Shown one piece after another: positions 30,359 through 45,069 of a stretch of 64,000 bases of DNA. The notes beneath the pieces are model-generated. The model ran no database searches. It was not told the DNA's origin and was given only the letters and a program-made list of their open reading frames with translations. Made by a program: the position numbers and the translations under genes. Origin of the DNA: Octopus vulgaris (taxonomy: Eukaryota); NCBI GenBank assembly GCA_951406725.2, contig OX597823.1:6262001-6326000 (forward strand), read 5' to 3'. Position 1 is the stretch's first letter. Each line of letters starts with the position of its first letter.

Positions 30359-31977
30359 CGAGTTTACTGCTGGAAGTGGTGATGCAACATTGTGAAATTG
30401 GCGAATGTTTCGTCGTTTGGCGTCGCTCGTGTTCTGTAAAATGCTGGAGTGCATTGCGTAACGCGCCCTTCCTTTCTAACACAATAAACAAGGGCTGATT
30501 TGCGGGCGACGTGGCTGTTATTTCTAGTATATCAAGCAACCGCTTGGAAGCTCCCAGTTTAGTTCACTTTATTTCACATTCATTATATGGCTGTGTACTG
30601 AAGAAGCTCGCTTTGCAACCATGTGGTTCTAGGTTCAATTCCACTGCGCACCACCTTGGATGACTTCTACAGTTGCTCTGGAACGACCAGTGCCTTATGA
30701 ATAGATTTGGTAGATGGAACCTGTGTGGAAGACCGTCATATACGCGTGTGTGCGTGTGTGTGTGTGTGCATACACACACACATACATATATTTATGTATG
30801 TATGTATGTATGTATGTATGTATGTAGGTAGGTAGGTAGGTAGGTAGTGGGGCCGGTCCCAGGAATTTTTCGAAGCGGGGGCACAAGGTCAGAAGGGAAT
30901 ACAATTCCGGGAGAAAAGGGCTTAATAGCATTATTTAGAAGGGTGCACTTCATTTCTTGAGGGAGGAGGCACGTGCCCCTCAGGCCTCCCTCCCTTGGTA
31001 GGTAGGTAGGTAGGTAGGTAGGCAGGTAAGTAGGTAGGTAGGTAGATAGGTAGGTAGGTAGGTAGGTGAGTGTATATGCATGTATATCTTTGTGTTTGCG
31101 TTTGTTTCCCACCACTGCTTGACAACCGGCGTCGGTGTGTTTACATCCCTCTAGCCTTGCGTTTCGGTAAAAAAAAACCCGACAGAATAACCACCAGACT
31201 TTAAAATAATTACTAGAGTCGATTTTTTCGATTAAAGCCTTTAAGACAGTGCCCCAGCGTGGCCGCAGTATAATGACTGAAACAAGCAAAAAATTAAAAT
31301 TGGTTTCTACCCTGGAGCATTCCAGATCAATTAGCAAAGGAATACTTTCTAAACAGTCTTCGACAGATGGTGTGATTCCAAGACAAGAGATATGATAAGA
31401 AATTGGTTCGTGTGTTTACTTGTCCCTTTAACCCCATGTCTACTGTCACTGGACAAACCCTTCAAAGCAGCACCTCAGCATTGCCGCAATCCAATGATTG
31501 AAACAAGAAAAGGTAAAAAGCATATGTGGGACTGCATTATCCAGTGTGTTTGAAGGAGATCTAGCTGCGTTTTCTAGCAAGCGTGGTCTACGACCTCGTC
31601 GAAGCTCCATAATTGGTGTTTATATTTCATTAGCGTTTGGGAGTTTGAAAGCAAATAATTGAAATCTAATACTAGGACATCTTTATCTCTTGTTCATTAG
31701 ACTGGAAAACTGTATTAAACTAATTAGCTAAGCTACTGAAGAAGCGTAATTGAGATGGAGCAAGCCGTACATAAGATGCTAGTGACAGATAAAATCTCGA
31801 ATAAGAAACAGGCTTTTGTGGACATGTTATAGATCGTTTTAAAAGATTACAGAAACTTAATAGGGGAAAATACGGAGATGGAGAATAATACGATCTGATC
31901 TGAGTATGAACTTGTTCGAAAAATATAACAACTTCAAGGTCAACTCGGGGGTTTATTCTGATGGTTTCGTTGTTGCT

Positions 31978-32012
<35 letters not shown>

Positions 32013-32212
32013 AATCTATTCTGAAGAGGAATTCTATTCAACTTTTATTCGAGTATTTTGAATATAAAAGAGAGAAAATTCCTTGAATTGTTTGTGAGAA
32101 TCGTTTGTAATATCAAACTTCCGTTAAAATGGATTAACCATAACCAAGGCTATTCGTGTGTAAGAGTGTGTGCGTGAGTATGTGTATGTGTGCGTGTGCG
32201 TGAGTATGTATA

Positions 32213-32258
<46 letters not shown>

Positions 32259-32277
32259 CATTCATACATTCATAAAT

Positions 32278-32341
<64 letters not shown>

Positions 32342-32535
32342 TTGAGTAGTTGAATGAATTATCTTATTATGGATAATTCGGTTAACCGATACCTGGGTAG
32401 CAAATTCACGTCAGAAAAACACGGTTGAAGCTACATGCCTAGGGCAGAGATCACGTGCTTTCGTGTGGAAATTTGTGTGTTTTTTTAAATACAAATAAAT
32501 GAAAGAATGGAGTTGAACGACGAATTAACAAAATT

Positions 32536-32630
32536 CCTTTATTTTCGACATGTGTTTCGAAGGCTGCATATTCCTAATTTCGAAGGAATAAGGGGTGCAT
32601 TATGCCGCCTTCTCATCAGGAAAAACAAGG
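32536..32630 (-). ncRNA. Type I hammerhead ribozyme with intact catalytic core
   Basis: Minus strand: ccttgtttttc-CTGATGA-gaaggc...gccttc-GAAA-cacatg-TC-gaaaataaagg. Stem I pairs 9 of 11, stem II has 6 perfect bp and extends, short stem III, GUC cleavage triplet (cut between plus 32547 and 32546). Confidence 0.8.
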
Positions 32631-32785
32631 AACTTATGTCAGCTATGGGCTCTAAAAGTTTTTGTGCATCTTGATGCTGACATAAGTTCCTTGTTTCCTT
32701 GTTTTATTATTATTTTATATATATTATATATATTATATATTATTTTATAATATATATCCTGATGAGAAGGCGGCATAATGCAGCC

Positions 32786-32925
<140 letters not shown>

Positions 32926-32934
32926 TATATACAT

Positions 32935-32979
<45 letters not shown>

Positions 32980-33009
32980 CATACATACATACATATATAT
33001 ATATATATA

Positions 33010-34575
33010 TGTTGGGGACATGATTCTGCCATTTCATGCCAAGGATTTTCCGGAGGCAGCGCTGGCGAAAGATATTTAGGCGACGCTCTTGGCGTGTGTA
33101 TGCCGTCCAAGTCTCACTTCCATACAGTAGAGTGCTAAGTACACATGCCTGGTAAATCTTTGTGGTCTTGGTCAGCTTATTGTTGTCCCATGCCCGTTTG
33201 GAGAGTTGGGCCATCACAGCAGCTGCCTTTCCAATGCGTATATTGAGCTCAGTGTCAAGGGATATGTTGTAGGTGACGGTAGAACCAAGATAGGTAAACT
33301 TCTTCACCTCCTGTAGTCTGTGGTCTCCAATATGTATGTTTGGGATGGTCGATGTAGCCTGACCCATGATGTTGGTCTTCTTGAAGCAGATAACTAAGCC
33401 AAAGTTGCCACATGCTTGCTCAAAACAGTTTATGAGCCTTTGTAGGGCTTCTTCTGTGTGTGATACCAGACCGGCATTATCAGCAAATAGCATCTACTTG
33501 ATCAGGACGCTTCTGATTTTGGTCTTGGCACGCAGACGCGAGAGATTGAACAGTTTCCCATCCCTTCTACTGTGCAGAAACACTCCACCATCCGATGTCA
33601 CAAAGGCATGTGACAGCAGCAGCGAGAAGATGCCAAATAATGTAGGAGTAAGGACACAGCCTTGCTTTACCCCATTTTTTATTTGGAAGGCGGCTGATGT
33701 TGAACCATTGTGCTGTATGGTGCCTTGCATATCATCATGGAAAGATTTGATGATCCTCTGCAGCTTTGGTGGACAGCCAATTTTTTGGAGCAGGATGAAG
33801 ACGTCTTTTCTACTTACCAAGTCAAAGGCCTTTGTCAGATCAATGAAGGCCATATATAATGGTATTTTCTGCTCTCTGGACTTCTCCTGAAGTAAGAAGA
33901 ATATCATGTCAATAGTTGATCTGCTTCTTCTAAAGCCACACTGCGATTCTGGATAAATTCGAGAAGTAAGCAGTTGCAGCCTGGACAGGAAAACGCGAGC
34001 AAAAGCTTTTCCAACAGTGCTTAGAAGAGATATTCCACGGTAATTGTTACAATCACCACGGTCACCTTTGTTTTTGTAAAGCGTAATGATGTTAGCATCC
34101 CGCATATCCTCAGGGACTGTACCCTCTTCCCAGCACTGACACCGAAGCTCATGAAGGTGCCGAAGCAGGATGGTGTTTTTGCCGGTTTTTATGATCTCTA
34201 ATGGGATGTCGTCTTTTCCCGGAGCCTTGTTACTTGCTAGGGAGTCAATAGCCTTGGTGAGCTCTGCTATAGATGGCAGACTGTCAAGTTCACACATGAC
34301 TGGCAAGATCTTGATACCCTCGATTGCAGCCTCAGCTACCGTGGTTCCCCCGTGGTCCCCCGTGAGTACAGATGCTGGTAGTACTCCACCCATCTATCCA
34401 TTTGCTTGCTTTGGTCCTTGATGAGATCTCCAGTAGTTGATTTCAAAGGGGCTGACTTGGTTGCGGATGGACCGAGGGCCTTCTTCAAACCGGCATACAT
34501 CCCACGGGTGTCGCCACTGTCAGCAGCTGACTGGATACTCTGACAGATTTCCTGCCAATACCTATTTGCACAGCG
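33010..34575 (-). mobile_element. RTE-clade (BovB-like) LINE RT region, inactivated
   Basis: [63 protein letters not shown]; in-frame stop at 33494-33496. Confidence 0.92.
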
Positions 34576-34610
34576 TCTGGCAGTCAGTTGGGTTTTATTT
34601 CTTGCCTTTC

Positions 34611-35125
34611 AGGAATCCTACATTGGGAGTGGTAACGACTAGGGTGGGGTAACTGACTACTTATTGTGATCATTCGTCTTTTGGTTTCCTATAGCTTTGC
34701 CCTCTTTTACAAACCCAGTGAACATATATTTCCTATTTCAAAGAAATTCAAACAATAGATATAAGACCCAAGTTAAAAAGATTCTCAACAATTCAACTTC
34801 TCTGGTTGACATTAAGATGCCCACCCCCAACAGGGGCCTTAACTCTTACATTTTAGAGCTCCATGACCTTCATTTTTTAGGAGCAAAATCTTTTTAACAG
34901 GTTCAATAAGACTGGAATTTTGGAATATGCGCATAAAAATCAGTAGTATGAGATATATGTGTCACGATTACAATTTTTTTAGGGTGTGTAAAGAGGGAAA
35001 TAACCCTCATCTGCAATTTTGACGAAATTTGAAACATAGATATTCCAGTTCATTAGAGAAAACATAACAGAAAATTCTAATTCTTCAATTGTATGTAACA
35101 CAGGCAACGCCGGGTATCTCTGCTA
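34611..35125 (+). mobile_element. Non-autonomous Helitron (family H1), 3' part
   Basis: Ends caggcaacgccgggtatctctgCTAG|T; ~500 bp similar to 18464-18978. Confidence 0.75.
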
Positions 35126-35223
<98 letters not shown>

Positions 35224-35319
35224 GCGTGTGTGTATGTATGTATGTATGTATTTGCGTGTGTGTATGGAAAAATATTTGTATCTATATATATCTGTTTGCA
35301 TGTATATATATATATATAT

Positions 35320-35375
<56 letters not shown>

Positions 35376-35525
35376 CATATACAAAATAAGAAAATGGAGG
35401 AATACACTTTAATCAATAATCAACTACCAGATAATACCCATATGTATATGTATATATATAGTTAGACAGATACACACGCGCATATATACATATATAAATG
35501 TGTGTTGTGTGTATTATATATGCAT

Positions 35526-35564
<39 letters not shown>

Positions 35565-35897
35565 AGACTGAATATTTCCTCTTTCGTTTCATAACACAAC
35601 AACAAATACTTTCTTCCGTCCGAACACACTGACCTTTAAGAGGTCATTTTACTAGAACAGTGTGGTAAGTAGTTCACTAAACGGAAGTACTTTAAAATGT
35701 TGCCCAGAAATAAGCTCAGAGTATGTTGCATGCAAATAATATTACACTCAAATAGCAACAAAAAATACCCTCGTCACGTGTTTGAAACTACGAAACTACT
35801 GTTATATGTATTTTACAGTGAATTTTGATACGCCATTGTTCGCTGACAATAAGATCTCTATAACCAAATGACGATGTAGAAAAATACTAGAAAATGG

Positions 35898-35945
<48 letters not shown>

Positions 35946-36574
35946 TACTCGTAACTACCCGCTGTTTTCCGTTCCAGTTGTCTGTCTTTACCCGCTACAT
36001 TTAGTCCTTGTACTTCCATCGCCTCACTGATATTCAGTATTACCATCACATGTCATTATGACGACCAGAACAGTAATACGGAATTTAAAGTCCTCGCATT
36101 TTAAACTCGCCGAAACTCTGCTGATTCTAGTTCCCATGGCTGATAAAAGCATTTCCATGTTTATTTCTTGTTTTCCTTTTACTTGTTTCAGTCATTGGAC
36201 TACGGCCAAGCTGGGGCGCCGCCTTGAAGGATTGGACGAACTGATCGAGACTAGTAAATACTTTATTTAAGTTCGGTACTCATTCTGTATGTCTCTTTCG
36301 TCAAGCCATTGTTGGTTTGTTCCAATTCCGGTAACATCGCGATTCGGTAAAAGTGTAGCTAGAATAAGTACCAGGTTTTTAAAAATTAGTACCAGAGTGG
36401 ATTTGTTCGACTGAATCTTCCAAGACGGTGCTCCAGCATGACCGCAGTTCAATGACTGAAGCAAGTAAAAGGATAACAATACTTGTGTATTCAATGTTGT
36501 TACTACAGTTGCTGCTGCTGCGACCGCTGCTGCTATTGTTGTTGATGTTGTTGTTGATGTTGTTGCTGTTGTTA

Positions 36575-36980
36575 CTCTTTTACTCTTTTACTTGTTTCAG
36601 TCATTTGACTGTGGCCATGCTGGAGCACCACCTTTAGTCGAGCAAATCGACCCTGGGACTTATTCTTTGTAAGGCCAGTACTTATTCTATCGGTCTCTTT
36701 TGCCAAACCGCTAGGTGACGGGGACGTAAACCCACCAGCATCGGTTGTCAAGCAATGCCAGAGGGACAAACACAGACACACAAACACACACACACATACA
36801 TATATATATCTATATATATACATATAAACGACAGGCTTCTTTCAGTTTCCGTCTGCCAAATCCACTTACAAGGTATTGGTCGGCCCGGGGCTATAGCAGA
36901 AGACACTTGCCCAAGATGCCACGCAGTGGGACTGAACCCGGAACTATGTGGTTGGTTAACACACAGCCACTCCTGCGCCT
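36575..36980 (-). mobile_element. Full-length SINE family A (other partial copies at 36170-36475)
   Basis: Reverse complement of 967-1412 including the internal (CA)/(TA) tract. Confidence 0.85.
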
Positions 36981-38744
36981 ATGGTCTGCTCTACAAAGAA
37001 TTTCAACCGTGGTAGAACCGTCTTTAAGTATATTTACAGCAACTTTGTCCATTCTGTCCTGTTTTGCGGGGCTCCTAGAAAACACAGAATGTGATTTAAG
37101 GAGTCTTTGTCTGCTATTTGTAACAAGTCGAACTACTATACAGAGAATGATTCCTCGTCTTTTGGCAAATCGAGGCGAGGGTTGGGGAGATCCAGAAACA
37201 CATGAAAATGAAAACAAATGAAATATAATTGGGGACTATATTGTAGCAAGGAGGAATTCCCCGAGGGGGTTGCTTGTTTCTAATCTCCTAAACGAAATAG
37301 TTTATCAAAATATCATCAGACTCCGAATTTGTCAAATAAAAAGAAGCGAAGCGGAATAGAAGCGGATGTCTGAAGTGGGTGTTATTTCAGAAAGGAAATT
37401 CTGTAATAAAATGCAAGACTTTATTGGTCTATTGGCAGTAGAATGAGAAAGCAGCAATATCCTTAAAATCTCATTTCCTTTGAAGTAAGTTGCAGTTTAC
37501 AGTTATGTAATAGGTTCGAAAAATGATGCTGTTTCCTCTGTGCCTTGAGTTGGTAAATATATAGTAAGAAACACAGCGAATTAAAATAATTGTATGACAA
37601 GTTTACAGATATGTAAACGAAAATATTCTGGGATTTAATGTAAAAATTCGACATTGATTTAAAAAACGAGAAAGCGGTAAAATGAGTGTGTTCAAATAGC
37701 TTACGGTACTTTGGGACACAAAAGAAATAACTGAAATGGGTTATGGTCGATATCAAAACGCAAATTCAGAAAAATAACATATGGGAAGACGATAGGCATT
37801 GCTGGGCAAAAGCAACAAGTTCTACAGAAAAGATCAAATCATCACAACAAATATGAAGCGAAATGAAAAGGTGTACCCCAAGCAAGAAGTCCTTATCCAA
37901 TGTGCCTAACCACCACACTAAACCACTAACTTCAGGGTCTCATTGGACAGAGAGAGAATACGTGTGGTTGGTTCTTTCGCATTTCTTGCTCCAAACATAA
38001 CGTAGAACTTGTAATCGATTCCTACAAACTTGTATCATAACGAAAGCAAACTGAACTCTTGAGAGACAGCTTACGTGTCTTACAACTCAGATGGTCGGCT
38101 GCGAGTGACGCTTCTTTTTCTTTTGTTTTTAGCGGAAGTTGAAGTCCTCTATGGTCCTCGGGATACACACTGTTAACATGTTATTAGTTAAAACACTTAC
38201 AAACATGAATGTAAACATGTGTAGTCAAAATACGTAGCTTAAGTGTAATTGATGTCCACCAATAAAGACAAATCAACAATTATCAACGAAAATTCTTACA
38301 GAAATAAACTGATTGTTGGATAGAGTGTTTCCTCTTGAACATAGACAGCCATTGTTGGGGAAGAAAAGGCAAAAAAAAAAGAGGAAGTAAAAATATTGTT
38401 TATTTTCTCAAACCTAGCTAACTCTATCCAGATGTTTCTTAATGGAGAGGCAAACTAGTTTTCTAGATATGTGTTTTAAAAAAATACCAGTTTTAAATTT
38501 ATTTATTTTTCCTTTTCATGTTAAGTTTGGTTGTACAGACATCTTGTTGAAGATGCCAGCGAGGGAACATCTATGCGGGTACTCTCGAGCCCAAAATAGA
38601 AGACAAAGTTTATTCAAGATCGACAGTCATTAAAAAAAGAGGAAACATATTGGATAATGTAATCTCTATATATATTAATTCTTAATTAAAAAGAAATACT
38701 GATTATTAGGACTGGAACACTGGTATGACGAAATAATAATAGTA

Positions 38745-38812
<68 letters not shown>

Positions 38813-38816
<4 letters not shown>

Positions 38817-39080
38817 TGGAATCTAAAAACAAACAATTCCTATCATAGTAGGTGCATTAGGCATGATAAAAAAATATTCAGACAAATACATAACAAAAGC
38901 ACCAGGACTTACAAACACATATAACATACAGAAAATTGCACTACTAGGCACTGCACACATCCTACGCAGAACACTTTCCATACAATAACTATCAGAGCAT
39001 CACAACAAATCACAGCACATACCCAAGGCACACAGAGCTGCGCTCAGTAGTGAAGTGAAAGCACGTTATAAAAAAAACAC

Positions 39081-39082
<2 letters not shown>
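38813..39082 (+). mobile_element. 3' fragment of R4/Dong-type LINE flanked by (AAT)n on both sides
   Basis: Near-identical to the reverse complement of 49520-49780 (IPIIVGALGMIK...QKIALLGTAHILRRTLSIQ*). Confidence 0.88.
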
Positions 39083-39176
<94 letters not shown>

Positions 39177-39208
39177 ACAACAACAAAAGTAGTAATAGTA
39201 GCCGCAAC

Positions 39209-39254
<46 letters not shown>

Positions 39255-40113
39255 TACGATAGGTAGATGGTAGAACCAGTTGTGTGTTAGATAAAATGCC
39301 TTTAGTTTCGCCCCTGTCTGTTCTGAGCTCAAATCCTGCCGAAGTCCTCCTGGCTTCCCATCCCCTTCTGGGGGATGAAATAAACCAGTAATCCAACCCT
39401 CAGAGTCTATTTAAGCGATTTTTATGTCTCCCTATTAATCTGAGGCCCTGTTAATAAACTAGAAATGTTATCATTTCGTAAACAGGATGTATTGAGCAAT
39501 GGCGGTACGTGATGGTTAGGGCGAGTGGCTGGGTCTTGGTCTGTGTTACGGTTAATGTTTCTAGCATTCCCAAGAACATTAACCAACGAGCTAAACACTG
39601 AAACGGTGTCCCAGAGGAGCAATTGTCGACAACTTCCTGCTGCATTATAATAATTGTTAGGATCATTATTATAATACATACGGACATATATGCAATATAC
39701 ATGGAGATGTACGAACATATATATGCACACACATACATACATACATATATGTATATGCGTGTGTATGTTTGTGTGTGTGTGTGATGACGTAAGAATTTTG
39801 TAAACTTTCGTTCTTCGTTTCTTTTTTTTTTTTTTAATTAATGGTTCTCAAAGCACACTTAAACCTATGGAGAGAAAAAGGAAGGCTGTCCATGGGACTT
39901 GAACCTGCATCTCTCGAATATTTATGAAATTCTCATGACGTCAGCTACATACAATTATCGCCAGTAAGAATAACATTTCTAAAATGAAGAAGAAATTCGA
40001 AGAAACCCTTTGGTCCACTGCTAGAACACAGCCATTGACTTTTCTATCCGAAAGGGGGTTTTCAACTCAATATTTACATGATATTATTTAGAGCTTTATA
40101 TGTGCTTCGAGAG

Positions 40114-40186
<73 letters not shown>

Positions 40187-40477
40187 CGTGTTATCATTAT
40201 TGTTTTAACGTATTTTTGTATTTTTATTCGTGTAACATCGTCCGTTTTCCGTCCTTGTTTTGTATACATTCGAGGCTTTCTTCCAAGGAATCTAAAGCAC
40301 TTGGCTTAGATTTTCCTTTGGGGCTGGCCAGATCGGACCGATCTCAAGATTAATCAGCCGAAATTGCGAAGATGATTCGGTTCTTGACTGAAGATTGAAG
40401 GCTTCGAATGCCCCGTCCGTGTTTTTTGTATCGTCTTCTAAATGTTTTGCGTTCCTGTCCCAATTTGTATTTTTTTT

Positions 40478-40530
<53 letters not shown>

Positions 40531-40632
40531 GGGAGAGTTTACGAAAAAAACAAAAGACGAAGACAGGTTGTGACACAGAAAAAACAAGGAGAGAAAAAGA
40601 TGTGTGTAGTGGCTAACGATCTATCATGGCGA

Positions 40633-40686
<54 letters not shown>

Positions 40687-40690
<4 letters not shown>

Positions 40691-41080
40691 CGAGGGCGCG
40701 GCTGAGTGGTAAGAAACTTGCTTCAACAACATGGATTCCGGGTTCAGTCCCACTGAATGGCACTTATACTTCAGCCTCAGACCGACGGAACTCTTGTGAG
40801 TGGACTTGTTAGAAGGAAACTGCAAGAAGCCCGTAGTATACACGCGCGCATGTGTGTGTGTATGTATTCGTGTCTGTGTTTGTCCCTCACACCATTTGGC
40901 AACTGGTGTTGGTGACGTTACGTCTCCATTGCTTAGCGGTTCAGCAAAAGAGACCGATAGAGTAAGTACCAGGCTTTAAAAGAAAAACAAGTACCGGTGT
41001 CAATTCGTTCGACTGGAATTCTTCAAGATGGTGCCCCAGCATGACCGCTGCCAAAGGACTAAAACAAATAGAAGGAAAAG
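40687..41080 (+). mobile_element. SINE family A
   Basis: Head, internal (TG)n and ggtgccccagcatgacc tail. Confidence 0.8.
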
Positions 41081-41674
41081 GATATATATCTGGGGGTGAG
41101 ATATTATGGAAGCATTGCACAAATATAAAGATTTTTGATTTTGTGATTAGGCACAAGGCCAGCAGTTTTAAGAAATGATGGGGGTCACTCGATTACATCA
41201 ACTCCTGTACTTGACCAGGAAGTGGAGTGAAAGGTGAAGTTGATCTTGGCAGAATTCGAATTCAGAATATCAATAGCTGTAACAAATGCCGCCATGCATT
41301 TTGCCAAACACTCTAAAACCTATCTATCGTTGATATTTCAATGAACTGATATCATTTATGAAGGAAACGGAATGAAATTTGTTTAAACAAGAAAATTGCA
41401 GCAAGGCTGCGTGATAGAGGTGTGAGAGGTGGCATGCAGACCATCAGGTAACGTGTTTGTATTCTTCTCTTCCGTTCGCGCTTCGATGGTTGTAAGAAAA
41501 AGCATTCGAAGCCTACGTGAAACTATCGCGCCGTGGGCGGTAAATTGTAACTTGCCAGTTGCAGCTGAACGTCCTCTCCCGGCAGGTCGCGGTTTAATGA
41601 GGACATAACTCCTATTACGTTTTACGGTCGTTTAAATTTTGATTTCGGCAGCACTAACAAAATTATGCTACCTC

Positions 41675-42502
41675 TGGGAAAGGTATTCAGTGGACATTGA
41701 TGAACAAGCTGGAGGACTTGGACTACGCAGATGACCTCGCACTACTGTCATATCGCCTGCAAGGCATGCAAGATAAGGTAGACCACCTGACTGAAACTTC
41801 ACTGCGAGTGGGCTTGAGGATCAGCCGGGAAAAGACAAAAGTGCTACATATCAACAACAAGCAGGAAGAACCAATCACAATCGAGGGGGAACCTGTGGAA
41901 GAAGTTAGTGAGTTTGTCTATCTTGGCAGCAAGATCAGCAAATCAGGTGGATCAGACGAGGACATCACGGCAAGAAGCAAGAAGGCTTGGCAAGCCTTCA
42001 TTATTCTTCGGCCGGTATGGAAGTCCACTGCCATCTCAACTCGAACTAAACTCCGCTTATTTAGTCCAAACGTAAAATCTGTGCTTTTGTATGGCTCTGA
42101 AACATGGAGAGCCACCTACAGCAACTACAAGAAGATCAAGACCTTCATCAACAAATGTCTCCGGCAGATCCTCCATCTGAAGTGGTTCGACAGAGTGCCA
42201 AACACCGACCTGTTGGAAAGGGCCAACCAGGAGCCTATACATGTTCTGATTAGACGAAGGAAATGGAGATGGATCGGATACACACTACGGAAAGAACCCT
42301 CAAATGTGACAAGTACTTGACTGGAACCCGCAGGAGAAAAGGAAGAGAGGACGCCCGAAGCAGACATGGAAGCGGAGCATTTTGGACGAATTCAGGACCA
42401 CCGGCCTGGCATGGGAAGCAGCCAAGAAACACGCCAATGACCGCAAAAAGTGGAAAACAACTGTTGAGGCCCTATGCTCCACAAGGCGAAAAAAAAAAAA
42501 AA
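41675..42502 (+). mobile_element. 5'-truncated RTE-clade LINE (second family) with A-rich tail
   Basis: [60 protein letters not shown]; frameshift near 42310; A-run at 42489-42502. Confidence 0.9.
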
Positions 42503-42684
42503 GGATTAAGAAGAGAAAATTTTAAATGGATTAACGATCCGTGAGCTTTTGACGCATCATTTCATCTCGCGTTCTTTCTTTATCTATTTATTTATTTGAT
42601 AGAAGAGGATTCATTGTAGATATTTTCTTTTCTCCGTATCTTTTAATGCCTCTAGTATATGGGAAAAGGTCTTTGGTGGTAAAA

Positions 42685-42905
42685 TACGAGGAGGTGCTAA
42701 AAAGTTCCTGCCTTTGGGTACAAAAAAGTACAGGAGGATCAGGTAATTATGATTTTATTCAACATATTCCCCTCTCAGGTTCACACACCTGTTGCAGCAG
42801 TCCTTCAGCTTCGCTAAGCCCTGTAAAAGAACTCGGAAGGCTGGGCCTCCAACCAGGCCTTTCCCAATACCCTTAAAACCAAGAACTTTTCAGTACCTCC
42901 TCGTA
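42685..42905. mobile_element. Mariner-derived MITE with TIRs and TA target duplication
   Basis: TAcgaggaggtgctaaaaagttc ... gaacttttcagtacctcctcgTA. Confidence 0.85.
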
Positions 42906-42990
42906 TTTTAGAAACAATATGAAAATAAATATAAGCCGAAACATTTTGCAAAATTAATTATTTCCGATGTTTCAATGAACAAACTCTAAA

Positions 42991-43240
42991 GTGAAGGCAT
43001 GAGGCCGAGTGATTAGGCTGTTGTACTCATGATCGCAGGATTGTGGTTTCGATTCCCGGACCGAGCTACGCGTTGTATTCTTGAGGAAAACACTTCATTT
43101 CACTCCAGTTCACTCAGCTGCAAATGAATATCTCTGCGACAAACTGGCGTCCCCTTTCAGAGAGAATGTTGTGGTCTCGGTCACATATACACCCATGACA
43201 ACAGAGTGACCGGCTCCATGAGTCCTTGGACTCGGGACGG
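42991..43240 (+). mobile_element. SINE family B
   Basis: gtgaaggcatgaggccgagtgattagg...ggtttcgattcccggaccg...ccagttcactcagctg. Confidence 0.75.
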
Positions 43241-43726
43241 TAATTTCCAGGGGATGATGATGGTGATGATGATGATGATGATGAATAAATGAATGAACAA
43301 ACTCTTGTCTTGAAGCAAAAAAAAAAAAAAACTGCATGGAATAAATTTGAAATAAAAATTATTGGAAATTCATATGAAAATGTATTACAGCGATTGAGAA
43401 AACTGAATCGTATTACTTGAGATTCGATAGCTCTTTGCTTCATAAGTAAAATCCGTTAAAAATCGGTGTAAGTTTGCATGGAAACATAACGCTGCGTGAG
43501 GAAACTAAATTGTACCGACTGAGGTTAGAGAGTTCTCTGCACGAGGCGACATATTTGTGAAAACGGCAGACGACAGATTTCAATGTTTCCTCCATAACGA
43601 TATGTTTTGATGCGAACTCGCAACGATTTTTATTATAACATTTTTTTAACAACATTATCAATAACGACAGCAGCTGAAGCAACTTCCTTGGAATAATCTG
43701 AACTCAATAATTTGAAGAAAGAAACA

Positions 43727-44155
43727 AAAGGCGGTGAGATGGAGGAATTGTTAGTACGCTGGGCAAAATGCTTAGCGGCATTTCGTTCGTCTTTACGTTC
43801 TGAGTTCAAATTCCGCCGAGGCCAACTTTGCCTTTTATCCATTCTGGATCGATAAAATAAGTAGCTATTTCTTTAAACAAGGACAGACATAGGTATTAAG
43901 TCGATTATATCGACCCCAGTGCGTAACTGGTACTTATTTAATCGACCCCGAAAGGATGAAAGGCAAAGTCGGCCTCGGCAGAATTTGAACTCAGAACGTA
44001 ACGGCAGACGAATTACGGCTACGCATTTCGCCCGGCATGCTAACGTTTCTGCCAGCTCGATAAAATAAGTACCAGTTGAACACTGGGGTCGATGTAATCT
44101 ACTTATCCTCCCCACTTGAAATTGCTGGCCTTATACCAAAATTTGAAACCAATAT
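43727..44155. mobile_element. SINE family C (+) interrupted by an antisense family C copy (43864-44057) with ~15-bp TSD tcgataaaataagta
   Basis: TSD at ~43849-43863 and ~44057-44072; the host SINE continues after the insert. Confidence 0.8.
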
Positions 44156-45069
44156 TAGAAGGAAGACAGTTGTTCACTGCATGAAATACGAAGCGGCATT
44201 TCTTAAGCCGTTTGCATAAGCATCTGATCAGTGAAGTGAAGTTTTCTTTCGTGCGATAATAAAAGAAAAGCGGTCTCATATTTAAGTGTATTCATGCAAA
44301 CGAAACAAAATTCTCAATTCTGTTTTGATAAGAAGCAATAGTGATTTCATATATCGACCCGGAAAGGATGAAAGGCAAAGTCGACCTAGGCGGAAATTGA
44401 ACTCAGAACGTGAAGACAGACAAAGAACTGCTAAGCATTTCGCCCGACGTGCTAACGTTTCTGCCAGCTCGCCGCCTTATTGAAGACTTCAAGTGTTGGC
44501 AGGATTCCGTAGATATGCAAAGAGAAAATCCAGTTTATAATCATAGATCCAATTCACGAGTGGTTTGTTGGTGTGGCGTCGGTGTAGGAAGTAAATGTCA
44601 AATAGCGCTTAAAAGGCCACAATTTTCTAGAATAGGCGGGTATAGTCGATACTATTGTACCTATTGTTTGACTAATACTTGACTTATCGATCCTCGAAGA
44701 GTGAAAGCCACAGTTTGGTGGTCGTGTTGTAAACAAGTTCGTTTTGTTGCTACGTTGGTTTGCGAAGTTACTTCTACAATAGCCACGGACCGACCAATGT
44801 TACCTTGGTGAATTTGGTGGATGGAAACTGTGGGGAAGCCCATCGTATACTCTCACACACACACACACACGCAAATACGTTGCTCTGCGATCATTTCGAC
44901 ACCTGACACATGGTACCAAATGCACTTGTACAGACAGCATCGATTTGATGGCGGGAATGAGCTTATGTGCATCACGAACCAAATCATTTGTACAGGTTGT
45001 TCGGCAAAAAGATGAACGCTCATACGTTGTCTTCGACAGGAAAGTCCATCATCATCCAACGCATCATAT

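Noticed and set aside
41385-41452. Plus-strand donor CAG|GTAACG after a short open frame
   Set aside because: No convincing acceptor or start upstream, and an in-frame stop lies nearby.
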